A DNA stretch of 40,876 bases from Octopus bimaculoides (lineage: Eukaryota): positions 51,350,142 through 51,391,017 of the forward strand of contig NC_068987.1 of assembly GCF_001194135.2 (NCBI RefSeq), in the 5' to 3' direction. Every line of letters starts with the position of its first letter. The stretch's first letter is position 1. Shown here piece after piece: positions 23,745-36,857 of this stretch. Below the pieces are notes generated by a model. That model worked only from the letters and a program-made list of their open reading frames with translations, had not been told where the DNA came from and did no database searches. The position numbers and the translations under genes were made by a program.

Positions 23745-25480
23745 TTTGACACACATCTCTGACATCTTCAGGGATTCTTCCATTCTATGTGTCTAAAGAT
23801 GGTAGGCAAGATATATATAGTTTCTAGAGACATCTCTAGTTTCTACTCATCTATTAACCCAATTATCTTTAACAAGGCACTTTGGTTCGCCCATAATATG
23901 GCATGTCTTTCTAGGGAAGAAATTAGTGTAATATTAGCGGCTCGTAAATCAATTATAAAATTTAACAATAAGCTATGGATTCGTAAGGATACTCTGGAGG
24001 CTTTTGACGTTCCTATGGGAAGTTCGAATTCAGCTCAAATAGCTGGTGTAGTTTGTTCGTATATATTATATGAAATGGCAGACTAGTTCCCACACATTAA
24101 TGGAGGTCTATACAGAGATGATTGTTTGCTATACTTGCATAATGTCACTACTCAGCACATCCAAATGATTAAAAATAGATTAGCTAGAATCTACCGAAGA
24201 ATGAGTTTTGGCATCGTTTTTGAGGATGCGGTCTCCGTAGCCAACTTTCTGGACGTAACTTTAGACTTACATAGTAACACACACTTACCTTTCCATAAAC
24301 CATCAACCAATCTCAGGTAAATAAGCCCTTTTATTAACCATCCTAGGTCTATCACCAGTAATTTGGTTAAGAGTATTTCACTCAGACTTTCTAAACTTTC
24401 CTGTCAGAGGCTGACTTCTATAATTCAGCCGTATTGAAGGCAGGTTACAAAGACAAGGTAAGATATATCAATTCATTTAGTAATCTTTCGTCTTTTGTAC
24501 AGCAAGATATCTCCTTTACTAGCAGGGATAAACCCAATTCTATTTCTTCTCCTTCTTCTCACTTAACTGAGAAAGTAGCACCTACTTATACTCATTCACA
24601 TAAGAGAGGAGGCCTTACCGACTCTAAACACCTTAATAAAAACAAAAAAAAAACTTAATTTATTCAGCTATACTAACACTGTAACTAGATCTGATGAAAA
24701 TATCTGGTTCGGGAAACATGTTAAATCCAAACTGGTCTTGCAGTTCCGCGACGCGGTGAATAGGAATTTTCCTAGGGGTTCTCACTATTACCCAATCATC
24801 AACACACATAAGGTTAGATTTGGATTTTTTAATACTAAAAAATATGTTACAGATAATATCTTCCCATAATTTTAGACTGTTAGATTCATCTCTAGTCAGC
24901 CATCCCAATTCTGATGATAATAATAGTAATGATAACAACAATAATAATAATAACTACTCTAGTAATTTAACACACTCATATGGTAGCTATAGTTATCTAG
25001 GTAAAAATATAGGTAATAAGTACAACATTAGTAAATATAACAATCACTATAACAAGATTAGTATCTCGGAATCGAATTGTAATAGAATTAAGTTTTTATG
25101 TACGAATCCCAGGACCAAAAATGTGGTTTATCAATGTAAGGTAACGACTAACAAATAGGTCTCGCATTATGTGGGTAGCTCCTCAACGCAGGTCTCCAAG
25201 AGAATTTCCAACCATTATTCTTCCTTTAGGGATAGGAATAAATTTAATAGTACCGGTCTAAGTAAATTAATCTGGAAACTTAAGGACTGCAATAAACAAT
25301 TCTCTTTGGAATGGTCAATACTGGCTACCGCAATACCCTACGACAAGGCTAAGGATTTTTGTCCTCTCGGTAACTTGGAGCTATTCCACATTCTGTTCTC
25401 CAAGAATAATTTAGTAAACCAGATAACACAGAGAACATAAAGATGCCAGCATTGGCGGAAACACACCTTCAGTTCTTTTC
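23745..25480 (+). mobile_element. Decayed PLE (GLYRDD-type RT + C-terminal GIY-YIG; Hydra/Nematis-like), 5'-truncated
   Basis: SRDISSFYSSI, FDVPMGSSNSAQIA, GGLYRDDCL, NFLDVTLDL, PFHKPS, AGYKDKVRY, NIWF, IISSHN, CNRIKFLC...NVVYQCKV...HYVGSS..RISNHYSSF..GLSKLIWKLKD..EWSIL..FCPL...RCQH. The AT-rich 3' region may extend to (TA)n at ~26430. Confidence 0.92.
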
Positions 25481-25599
25481 ATTAATTTCATCCTATCCTT
25501 CTTACTAATTTTAGTTATTATTATTTTTATTTTTTCACCTAATAACATTCTCACTAGTGGACAGCCACCTTACAAGTGGTGTGTACAATAACCCAGCTT

Positions 25600-25638
25600 A
25601 GTATTTACCATTAACTTTAGACAATAACAATAGTATTA

Positions 25639-25672
<34 letters not shown>

Positions 25673-25730
25673 TAATAAATTTATTTTTATACTTATTATT
25701 ATAACAATAATAACAATAACAAGAATAATA
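25600..25730. repeat. (AAT)n/(AAC)n low-complexity tract
   Basis: Direct inspection. Confidence 0.85.
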
Positions 25731-26425
25731 TCATTAAAATATTATCTTAAATAACAATTATATCTAACTCCAACGGCAGTTGTTTTTACTGTTTCCCCTT
25801 CTATAGTTGGTTCAGCAAGTCTTTCCCAGTAAAGCTACGTTAGTTGAGTTTAAAGCATACTCGTATTTTTACGTACATACTTTCGATCTTGTTCTCGTAA
25901 GCATGTTTATTATTATTATTCCATCACATTATAGTTTTGTACCTTGTATTACCAGTTTTTTAGATTAATAACCGTATCTTAATATGATACAATGCTATGG
26001 CTATTTAATTAATTATTTTTACAATCTATACTTAATTTCACCTCAGTATATAGGTTTGTTTACATAAGGAGTTATTTATAAAGAATTCATTGAACTCTCT
26101 CCCTTTCTCCTTTACTAAGATTTCTTGTTTACCATTATTTTGAACTTTAGATTTTAGGATTTTACTGCGTTTCATTATGTCTTCTTTTAATTTAACCTTT
26201 TAGTATAGCGTTCATAGCCTCTCTCCCTCAACAGCTCCCTGTAAACTAGCATTCTTGTTTCTAACGGTCATTTACTTATATAATGTTATAACTCGTACGC
26301 AACCTTAGCATTTAGCGCATGTCTTGCTTTTGTAAGTTGGTTCCCAGTGCACAAAAATGTTGAAATATATGTAGGAATTAAAGGAACTTATTGATCATAC
26401 GTGTTTTGCTCCATTTATTATTATT

Positions 26426-26471
<46 letters not shown>

Positions 26472-26869
26472 CTTTCTTGTTGAGTAAACTAAAGTAACGT
26501 GAAATTATATCTCTTCAGGGCAATGAGCGTTCAACACATTGATAAACTACACCTGGCCTACGGACGCCCGTAGTATCTATATACAGGTGTCTGTGTGTGT
26601 GGGTGGGTCCGTGCGTGTGTGTGAATGTGTGTGTGTGCGTGTGTCTGTGTGTGTTTGTGTATATGTTTGTATCTTAATAGCATGTCAAGTTACTTCCTTT
26701 TTCATATGGAGCTGGTTTCATTGCTATTTACTAATTATGAAGTAGCTAGAAAACCAAGAATTTATGTTGTATGATATATGTTATGTAACTATATTTGTCT
26801 ATTTACATACATAAACACACATAAACACAAGTACAGACATATGCACACACACGCACACACAAATTCGAA

Positions 26870-27110
26870 TGGGAATATTTGAGAATATTCGAAAGGGAAT
26901 ATTTAGTAAATGAGCCCCATATGATAAATGCTCCGTCACATCTTCTGTCAAAATACCATGTTCTTCCTGATATGTCCATGTTAGTTAAATAGGTATCAAA
27001 GAAATATGGATCAAATGAGAAATATCTAGAATCTAGATTAGATTTGATCACCTAAACGTTCACGAGCGGTGTCTACAAAGCCGTAGTCCAAGAAATTGGA
27101 AAACGAATAA
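26870..27110 (-). pseudogene. Possible highly decayed Tc1/Tc3-like transposase fragment
   Basis: Minus frame V*VIKSNLDSR...WYFDRRCDGAFIIWGSFT resembles VIFSDEKKFNLDGPDG...SRRxxGGGSVMVWGAFS. Weak; no TIRs seen. Confidence 0.3.
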
Positions 27111-27208
27111 AAGTGTACACGACATTAGAGCCATACATATCCACTTCTATGAATTACACTCAAACACGCATATAATGCGTGTGCATACACGCGTGTGCGT
27201 ATATACAT

Positions 27209-27250
<42 letters not shown>

Positions 27251-28639
27251 NNNNNNNNNNNNNNNNNNNNNNNNNNNNNNNNNNNNNNNNNNNNNNNNNN
27301 NNNNNNNNNNNNNNNNNNNNNNNNNNNNNNNNNNNNNNNNNNNNNNNNNNNNNNNNNNNNNNNNNNNNNNNNNNNNNNNNNNNNNNNNNNNNNNNNNNNN
27401 NNNNNNNNNNNNNNNNNNNNNNNNNNNNNNNNNNNNNNNNNNNNNNNNNNNNNNNNNNNNNNNNNNNNNNNNNNNNNNNNNNNNNNNNNNNNNNNNNNNN
27501 NNNNNNNNNNNNNNNNNNNNNNNNNNNNNNNNNNNNNNNNNNNNNNNNNNNNNNNNNNNNNNNNNNNNNNNNNNNNNNNNNNNNNNNNNNNNNNNNNNNN
27601 NNNNNNNNNNNNNNNNNNNNNNNNNNNNNNNNNNNNNNNNNNNNNNNNNNNNNNNNNNNNNNNNNNNNNNNNNNNNNNNNNNNNNNNNNNNNNNNNNNNN
27701 NNNNNNNNNNNNNNNNNNNNNNNNNNNNNNNNNNNNNNNNNNNNNNNNNNNNNNNNNNNNNNNNNNNNNNNNNNNNNNNNNNNNNNNNNNNNNNNNNNNN
27801 NNNNNNNNNNNNNNNNNNNNNNNNNNNNNNNNNNNNNNNNNNNNNNNNNNNNNNNNNNNNNNNNNNNNNNNNNNNNNNNNNNNNNNNNNNNNNNNNNNNN
27901 NNNNNNNNNNNNNNNNNNNNNNNNNNNNNNNNNNNNNNNNNNNNNNNNNNNNNNNNNNNNNNNNNNNNNNNNNNNNNNNNNNNNNNNNNNNNNNNNNNNN
28001 NNNNNNNNNNNNNNNNNNNNNNNNNNNNNNNNNNNNNNNNNNNNNNNNNNNNNNNNNNNNNNNNNNNNNNNNNNNNNNNNNNNNNNNNNNNNNNNNNNNN
28101 TATACATATTTATATGTATATATATGTATGTATATATATATATGTACATATATATATATATAGATATATATGGGCGTGGATATATGTATATAAGCCCATA
28201 TAGTCATACACTTTTAGTGTGTAATCGTAAGGAACACAAAAATTTGATTAAAATGGAAGACAAACAAATCTAACTCATTAATATGAAATAGGATTATATA
28301 TAGAATATATTTTGTATATTTCAGGTGTTATCTTTCAAAATGATGAATATAAAAATGAGAATATACGCCCAACTTCAGAATAGACACACATAACTACTCA
28401 TACACCCATCAGTGTATACATGTATATATATCTTAATATATATATATAAATATATGTTAATATTTGCTGATTTAGTATAAAGTGTTCTCAGTGGTGAGTT
28501 GTTTTGTCAGTATTGCTGAGCATAAATAACTGCGTTGGCTTTCGTATTTAGATATCGCACGTCTTAGGTGTCAATTAATCTGTGGTTTACTTCATATAAT
28601 ATTACCCACTGGACTTTTCACTATTGTTATTTGTTTCAC

Positions 28640-28860
28640 GCACAGACACACAGACACAGACAGACACACAAACACGCACACACTCACACACACACACACA
28701 CGCACACACACACATACATGCACTCACACACAGACAGATACACTCACACACACAAACACAAACACATACAGAGGTCGATTCATATAAATATATATATATG
28801 AATGGATATTTGTATATACGTACATACATACATACACACACACACACAAACACACACACA

Positions 28861-28915
<55 letters not shown>

Positions 28916-28948
28916 TTATATATTTACATATATATATATATATATATA
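28640..28948. repeat. (CA)n-rich and (TA)n compound microsatellite
   Basis: Direct inspection. Confidence 0.93.
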
Positions 28949-29478
28949 NNNNNNNNNNNNNNNNNNNNNNNNNNNNNNNNNNNNNNNNNNNNNNNNNNNN
29001 NNNNNNNNNNNNNNNNNNNNNNNNNNNNNNNNNNNNNNNNNNNNNNNNNNNNNNNNNNNNNNNNNNNNNNNNNNNNNNNNNNNNNNNNNNNNNNNNNNNN
29101 NNNNNNNNNNNNNNNNNNNNNNNNNNNNNNNNNNNNNNNNNNNNNNNNNNNNNNNNNNNNNNNNNNNNNNNNNNNNNNNNNNNNNNNNNNNNNNNNNNNN
29201 NNNNNNNNNNNNNNNNNNNNNNNNNNNNNNNNNNNNNNNNNNNNNNNNNNNNNNNNNNNNNNNNNNNNNNNNNNNNNNNNNNNNNNNNNNNNNNNNNNNN
29301 NNNNNNNNNNNNNNNNNNNNNNNNNNNNNNNNNNNNNNNNNNNNNNNNNNNNNNNNNNNNNNNNNNNNNNNNNNNNNNNNNNNNNNNNNNNNNNNNNNNN
29401 NNNNNNNNNNNNNNNNNNNNNNNNNNNNNNNNNNNNNNNNNNNNNNNNNTATATATATATATTTGTATACATATATTT

Positions 29479-29509
<31 letters not shown>

Positions 29510-29995
29510 AATAAATATATATACATAGTAGCTAGTTAGAAACTCACTATAAGAAAGGAAAGTAGCAACGATGCTAAGAAGTAATGTTTATTGCCACATC
29601 AATATGGCTCTTCCATAAAGGTGTACGCTACTCCAGTTTGAAACCCCAGGAGAAGCGTTATCCAGCTGGTTATCAATGCAATCTGATCTGCACCAGATGT
29701 ATATTGAAGACAGTGGAGCGAACCTCTAGCATTTTCTAGCAGACCGCGGTATCACCACACCGTAGGGTCTGGGATTATTTGTGTCCATCATTAGTGGCGA
29801 ACACCGTTCTACAAACTACAAACCGCGTGCGTTTAGGATCGAAATAATACCGCAGGAAATAAAAATTGATTAGGAGAAATAACACATATTTATTTATAAT
29901 TAATTAATAAATTAGTAAAGTATAAAAACATTTAATGCTTTTATCAATTGGTCAGCGTGTTAAAAACCCTTTAGGCAACTATTTATACTGATATA

Positions 29996-31274
29996 TGTGG
30001 TCATCCTATAAGTTCTGTCCGAACTTTGAATAAAGAAAACAAGTGATAAAATGTTATATTTAATTGAAGTTTAATTATCAATGTACTTTTCCTGGTTATC
30101 TGGATTTCCTTCCATCTATTTACAAGCTTTTTAATCCCATCAATGTTAAACCCTTTTGGTTTCAAAGCAAAGGACTCTGAAATGTCAGTTTCGACCTCCT
30201 CCTGGCTTGCGATAGTTATGTCTCCCAAATGATCCTGTACGAAACAAATGGTAGTCTGGAGAAGCAAGGTCGAGAGAATAAGGTGGATGAGGAATTTTTC
30301 CCAACCAAGCTCTTCCATCTTCTGTGGTTTGATTTTTGCGGTGTGGGGTCGCGCATTGTCCTGATGAAACACCACTCATTTTCCATTCACTAAAGCGGGT
30401 CTTTTTTTCTTCAAAGCTTGGTTGAAACAATCGAATTGCTGACAGTAGACTTGAACATCGATTGTTGCATTAGGTGGTAACAATTCAAAGTGAATTACTC
30501 CTTTGCAACCCTACCATATAGCGAGAAGAACCTTTTTCCCATGAAGTTCCATTCTCGGTTGTGGTTGAGTTTTTTCTCTTTTACCAAGCCACTGTTTACG
30601 ACATTTAACATTTCGATAGAAGATCCAGTTTTCCTCATCAGTCACAAGTCTATGCAAAAGGGTGGAATGAGTTCGCGACAATGAAGAGAAGAGCAGATGT
30701 CAACTCAGGATCTGCGGTTGCTTTTGAACAATTCATGAGCCACACAATTTTCAAGTTTAGGAAACTTTCCACGTTGTTGAAGATGACGATGAACAGTTGT
30801 ATGGTTTGAACTAAGCTTTAATGCCAATTCTGCAACTGATAATGCAGGATTTTCTTCAAGTAATGCCTCAAGGAGGTTATCATCAAACTCGACTGGACGT
30901 CCTGTTCGATCTTCATCTTCAAGGCTGAAATCTCCACTTCTGAATTTTGCAAACCATGTTCTGCAAGTTATTTCATTCAAGCATTCTTTCCCATAAACTG
31001 AGTGTATGTTTCCAGTCGCTTCGGCTGCAGAGTTTCCTATTTTGTACTCAAAAAGCATTATGTTCCTTAAATGCTCTTTGGATACTTCCATGTTACAAAG
31101 GGTTTTAATCAAAGAAATTTTAATTCTATTATTCTGTAAAATAATATTTAATTAGTTTAAATGTACACAAATGCAAAGAAATATTTTTTTAATTCCAGTA
31201 GACATTGTAAGATACTATTAAATACCATTCAATTTAAAAAAGGTAAAATTTTCACATTTTTAGTCTTGACCCAA
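29996..31274 (-). mobile_element. Near full-length mariner (~1.28 kb); transposase pseudogene
   Basis: MEVSKEHLRNIMLFEY..VYGKECLNEITCRTWFAKFRSGDFSLEDEDRTGRPVEFD (30705-31112), VFHQDNARPHTA and HPPYSLDLASPDYHLFR. Left end TA+tgtggtcatcctataagttctgtccg; the right TIR is only partly preserved (ttgacccaa). Confidence 0.93.
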
Positions 31275-32065
31275 TGCCTATTTTTTACATAATGAATTTG
31301 CTTGCCATATACACTAGTGTGTCAATATTAAAAAAAAATTATGGTACCTATCTTAATTATAATGCTACTTTGTAAATTAAGATCAAATAATGTTCATTAT
31401 TCAAAATTTATCCTTAGTTGCAATATTTTAAGCAAAAGCTTTCTTGTTCTCTAGGTTACCAGATGCAATAACTTGTCCTATACTTTTCCAAGTGTAATAA
31501 CTTGTCCTGTACTTTTCCAGGTTCATAATCTAAATATTATTTGTCTTGCTCGCATTTTTCCATGTAATCCATGATTTTCCATGCCATGCTGTTATGCTAA
31601 TTGATAATATGCCAATTAATTATTTAAGATTTTACCTTATTTAAAACGGAATAAATTTAACAAATGTCTAAATGATATTTGTTTTGTTTTATTTCTGTGA
31701 TTGAATTATTATAAGAAAATAAGAAAGTTTTAATCTAAAAAAATGAAAATAAAATTAGTATTTGAAGAGCATTTTATTTACATTGACTCATTATAAAATT
31801 AAAAATTAGAAATAAAATTAGAAAGTGAGTGAATGCATCCACCCTGTGGCACGTGAAGCCAAATTATCATGACAGGGCACCCAACACCTTTTTAATTAGA
31901 ATAAATTAATTAAAAAATAATAAATTAATAGAAATAAATTTATCAAACAAATAATAGAAATACATTTATACTAGAAAGGTAGTGTGTATTTACAACTTAA
32001 TGTTGGAGTTCAAACAGTGTAAATGAGTATTAGTTTGTTAGATGTAAAAATGTTGTTTATATGTA

Positions 32066-33010
32066 AACTTTATTGGAGGTGTTACTTACAGGAACGAGTC
32101 TTCGTCAAATACGTTAACAGTTTTGAATTTGGTTAAGAACTGAATTAGTGACAAAGCTCTGAAAGATACAGCTACTACAGTAGTTGAATGATACTTAAAG
32201 AAGTCTTAAAAATTGAGAAATTCCTTTCAAAGTAAATTCCTACGATTCTGTTTCTCGTCTCAGATATTACGGGACTGTGTTTACGTGATATAATTGCGCT
32301 CATTAATACAGAGGACATAATTAATTGCAAATTAGAGGTGTCGTTGATAATATTTTCCTTGCATCAATGATGCCGGTGACATATATTAAAGTCCCCTAAT
32401 AGAACTATTTTCATAAAAAAAAGAATAGAATTATCACTATCAAATTTGAGAAACAAACACTCATAACTTCTTTCTGTTAAAACATCCTTGCATGAGATTG
32501 GTACTATGAAATTCCTCGAATTAAGCTCTATAAAATAAGTTTAATTAAATTATAGTTTGTTATTAAAATTTAAAAACAAGTTAATTATACTTAAATCCAG
32601 TTCTTTGCCTGACGTATATTTTTTCCTGATAGTTTACCTCACAACTATTTTGATATAAAATTTTGTTGCATGGTCCCAAAACCATGAAATTTCTCATTGT
32701 TTCTTCTATCATTGAAGCTAAGATAAATATATTTTGCATTTAATATCAAAAAGTTACTTAGATCTAAACTTGATTGGAGGCATTAATTACTCTCCTATAA
32801 CGTTGCTACAAATTTTGATGTAAACTTTTTTCTATTGGACCAAATCTCAATATTTCCAAAATGTAGCTAGGGACCAGTCCTGTTCAAAACTAGTAACAGT
32901 TTTCAGATTTGGATAAGAACTGAATTAATGGCAAAGCTCTGAAAGATGCTGCGTGTGAGAAAATGATGGCCTTAAGAATATTATTCAGCTACTACCTTAG
33001 TTGAATTATA
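32066..33010. repeat. Diverged direct duplication (32066-32200 vs 32766-33010) with indels
   Basis: Shared blocks: aaactt.attggagg..tta.ttac; agg.ac.agtc.t..tcaaa; taacagtttt..atttgg.taagaactgaatta.tg.caaagctctgaaagat; cagctactac..tagttgaat. Confidence 0.8.
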
Positions 33011-33321
33011 GGCATTTGAAAAGTATTAGATTGAAATAACATCATGGATAGCATCTTATCTATACTATATATAAAACAGAGATGTGTGTGTAATCGCTTT
33101 TCACGTGAAATCGACTTCACCAAATGCTTCCATACTTGTATTGCATGAATAATTTGACCTCGGATAAATCTTAGGCTCTTCATTTGATTTTTTAAATTAA
33201 AAATAAATAATATTGCTTTATATTTAAGATTCACTTCTTTAAGAAGGTCCCTCAATGTCAACTTCCAGTATTGACGTAACAACCGCAAAAAGCTTCACTC
33301 TCTATTTTGTGTGTTCGTGTG

Positions 33322-33325
<4 letters not shown>

Positions 33326-33415
<90 letters not shown>
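33326..33415. repeat. (GA)n microsatellite
   Basis: Direct inspection. Confidence 0.97.
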
Positions 33416-33417
<2 letters not shown>

Positions 33418-33478
33418 AATACTACATACACACCGCTCTCACACTCTGTCTCACACACATACACACACACACACATAC

Positions 33479-33815
33479 CCCTTGACTCACTCACATTCTG
33501 TCTCTTACAAACACACACATACACAAAGGTATACAAACATATTTACAAAGACACACGTGTGTATGCGCGGGCGTGCGTGTTTGTAAGAGACAGAGTGTGA
33601 GTGAGTCAAGGGCTGTGTTGTCATATGCATACATCCAAAGATGTATGTATATTTATGCATGTACGTATACATGACAACAAACCTCTCTCTCTCTCACTCA
33701 CACTTTGTCTCTTACAAACACACACATACATAAATGTATACAAACATATTTACAAAGACACACGTGTGTATGCGCGGGCGTGCGTGTTTGTAAGAGACAG
33801 AGTGTGAGTGAGTCA
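33479..33815. repeat. Two tandem hairpin units with ~30-36-bp inverted arms
   Basis: Unit 1 arms 33479-33514 / 33577-33612 (35/36 match). Unit 2 arms ~33693-33721 / 33784-33815. Spacers are near-identical. Confidence 0.9.
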
Positions 33816-33954
33816 NNNNNNNNNNACACGTGTGTATGCGTGCGTGCGTGCGTGGGGGGGGGGCCACAATCGCCATTTATTTCAATTACTCTTCTGAGGA
33901 TATTCACGTAAATCATTTTTTTCATTTAATCCCCATTTTAATTTTCGTAAAAGT

Positions 33955-34145
33955 TTCCAAGTACCAATGAGGCTTTTTGGCACATCTTCAATGTTTCCCA
34001 TTCATGAGAGGCGCCCAGCCATCATTCATCTGAGAGTCCATCTACAGAATGTCCTCAAATTTCTATGCAGCATATTTTGCTTTTTTTTCTTCAAGTATAT
34101 AAGCAACAATTTCATTCTCGAGCAACGCCGGGTGCCTCTGCTACT
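33955..34145 (+). mobile_element. Helitron remnant: RepHel fragment fused to a Helitron-like 3' terminus
   Basis: With one frameshift the sequence reads STNEAFWHIFN/FPIHERRPAIIHLRVHLQN, resembling the RepHel motif SxNEAxWRIxxFPIHERxPxVxHLxVHLEN. 3' ctcgagcaacgccggg-tgcctctg-CTAC|T resembles hairpin CCCGG-GCAACG-CCGGG plus CTAG|T. Confidence 0.7.
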
Positions 34146-36717
34146 ATTATATATGTAAAACTGTTTTCTCTGTGTGTGCATGTACAAAACGTTAATGTAC
34201 CTCAATAACGTCTACATATGTGACCCGATTTCTTTAAAATTGTATACACAGCTGCTTTCCTTCATCATGTTTACTTACTCTGTATCTGCTACAACAATCA
34301 ATGCGGATATCGTAATGGAAGGCGTAGCAATTAGCTTCACGACGGAAATCACTCGACTCTAAAACCGGTATTGATGATATAACTGTGTATATATCTTAAT
34401 TATGCCACGTAGCGCGGAGTTTGTAATAGATTTTTATTTATGTAAAGTTTCTGGTGAAGGTTAAGAGGATTTCGACTTATCCACTTTTGTCCGGAAATGA
34501 CTTACTGGCACCTGTTAAAGATTGTACCAATCGTATTTGAAGATGTTTAATCTAGTGTTGATTGTTGAGTGCTCGGGTTATAACCACCATTTCCATTCGT
34601 GGGCCGGGCTTTTCGTTAATTCCTTCAGCTAGGTATTTATCTAGGCTATTCCATTCAAATTAGGTGCAAATAGGTATCAGCGAAATGCAGGTGCAGTTCA
34701 CTTTCATGGACTATCTAAAACTGGATGTAATTTCGCGTTATAGATGGGAAGCTGAAAGTATGTACAGACTATATAAAATCAACAAAACACTCTAATGATT
34801 AAATATTGAACACTCTGAAGAAACACACACACACACGCACAAACATACACAGAAATCAAAGAATGTCAACGTTTACACAATAAACGCCAAGCGAATAACT
34901 AAAATAGAACTACAGTCAATGTGTAAAAAAGCTCATACAAATGAGTTTAAAATACATGTAATGTCTCTGACTAATTTTCTTTTTATTATATATTAGTCGT
35001 TTACACATAGTTTCAGTAAGAGAATACTTAACAAAAGGAGCAAATAACACAATTTTTCTATCTAAGTCAGTCTTCTGATTGTTCAGCGGTTCAAAGGAAT
35101 ATTCTAGCATTAATCACTAAGTGCAACAGGAAATAGAATGATTCTCGACAGCGTCTAATGAGACGAAATTAACTGGAATTACCTGAATGGGGTAGAATTA
35201 TACTGAGGACGAAATTATATATATATATACGTGTGTGTGTGTGTGTGTTTGCGTGCGCATGCAGTCTGTATGTATGTGTCTATGAGTTTGTAGATACAAT
35301 GAATTTAAACAATACTTCTAGCTAAATTGAATCTAAAATACGCATCGTTAAATGATGACTAGTAATTGGTTATAAGGTTAATTAACTCGAAGACAATAGC
35401 CTTTCCTTTATGTCTTTAGATGAACACTGTTCAAAACGATTTGGCACAACGATAAGGGACAGCTTGCTGAATCAAACTGAATAATACTCAACTGCTAAAA
35501 GCACCTAGATATTGAGAAAACGGTTGCTGCAAGCGTGTAAAATCCTTTCATACATTTCAGAACGTTATCTGATTGTAACGCAATAAATTAGCAAAATATC
35601 ATATTTGAGATATCGTCCACGGAGTAGCATTTAGTTTTCTTCGTCTGGAGATTGAAATATCTTGCCTCTCATGTCGCATGCTACACTAACATTGTTAACA
35701 GTGATTTAAAAGGTTCAATGGAAGCATTTGTACAGAAGCATTCTGCTTATAGATGTGATATCAATTAATGCAAATAAATATTCGAAATATCCCTTCAAAG
35801 AACTGTTTGAAAGATTGTGTAGTTCCTGTATGTACAATAATGTAAAAACATCTAGTGTTTTCACAACACAAATATAAAATACAATATATGCTACAATATG
35901 ATTTAAACGGAAAAATAAGAAATATTGCATAAAATAGACTTGTACGTTACTAACTGTCGTACTCAGCTATCCAGTTCATATGTCATAATATATTGCTTCC
36001 TTTCTGATTGACACATATGAGATGATATCGTGGATGCTGGGTATTTAGTGATTTATCGTTCGCAGGTTTCTAATAGTATTAGTGGTTTGTAGAACGATAA
36101 GTGGTTTTAACAATGAATTGAAACATTATCGTTATCTTAGTTTTCAAATAGTTCTTATAGCAATTCCGAATCAATAACAAAGACCAATAAGGCAAGACCT
36201 TTACGTTCACGGAGAAAGGATAAAGCAGTAATCTATTAGAATAGAGTCAATATAATTTTGCCTAATCTAAGAATTATGTACTTACATGCTAATGACTTTA
36301 CCTAGTTCCCGAAAACTCATTATTTGATTAAACTATTCTCTAACTGGCAGTCATAGAATTCTTTCATCCAAGATTCTTAAAAATGGATAAACCAGAAAAC
36401 GCAATGTAATAAAATCTTATTTTCTATGTTACACACACAAATCAATTGACCAAAGATGACTTCTACAAAAGGTTGTGTACACACTAGAAGACTTATCAAT
36501 TCACTGAGTTGTGAGTTACATTTATGGTACTTATTTTCGATAAGCTATTTAAATGCCAGTGGAATTGGATGCATAATATAGTGGTTTATTAGAACTTATT
36601 GAACGAAACACAGTCCTTCGAATAAACTCGTCTCATATATATATATATATATTTATATATAAATATATAAACTCATATATGTGGGTGTGTATGTATATAT
36701 GTATGTATGTATGTATA

Positions 36718-36773
<56 letters not shown>

Positions 36774-36857
36774 NNNNNNNNNNNNNNNNNNNNNNNNNNN
36801 NNNNNNNNNNNNNNNNNNNNNNNNNNNNNNNNNNNNNNNNNNNNNNNNNNNNNNNNN

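Noticed and set aside
31467-31524. 29-bp tandem dimer aataacttgtcct(a/g)tacttttcca(a/g)g
   Set aside because: Ordinary short slippage duplication; two units only, so not a CRISPR-like or satellite array.
35155-35215. CTAATGA-gac-GAAA and CTGAGGA-c-GAAA motifs
   Set aside because: No stems I or III can form; likely chance matches.
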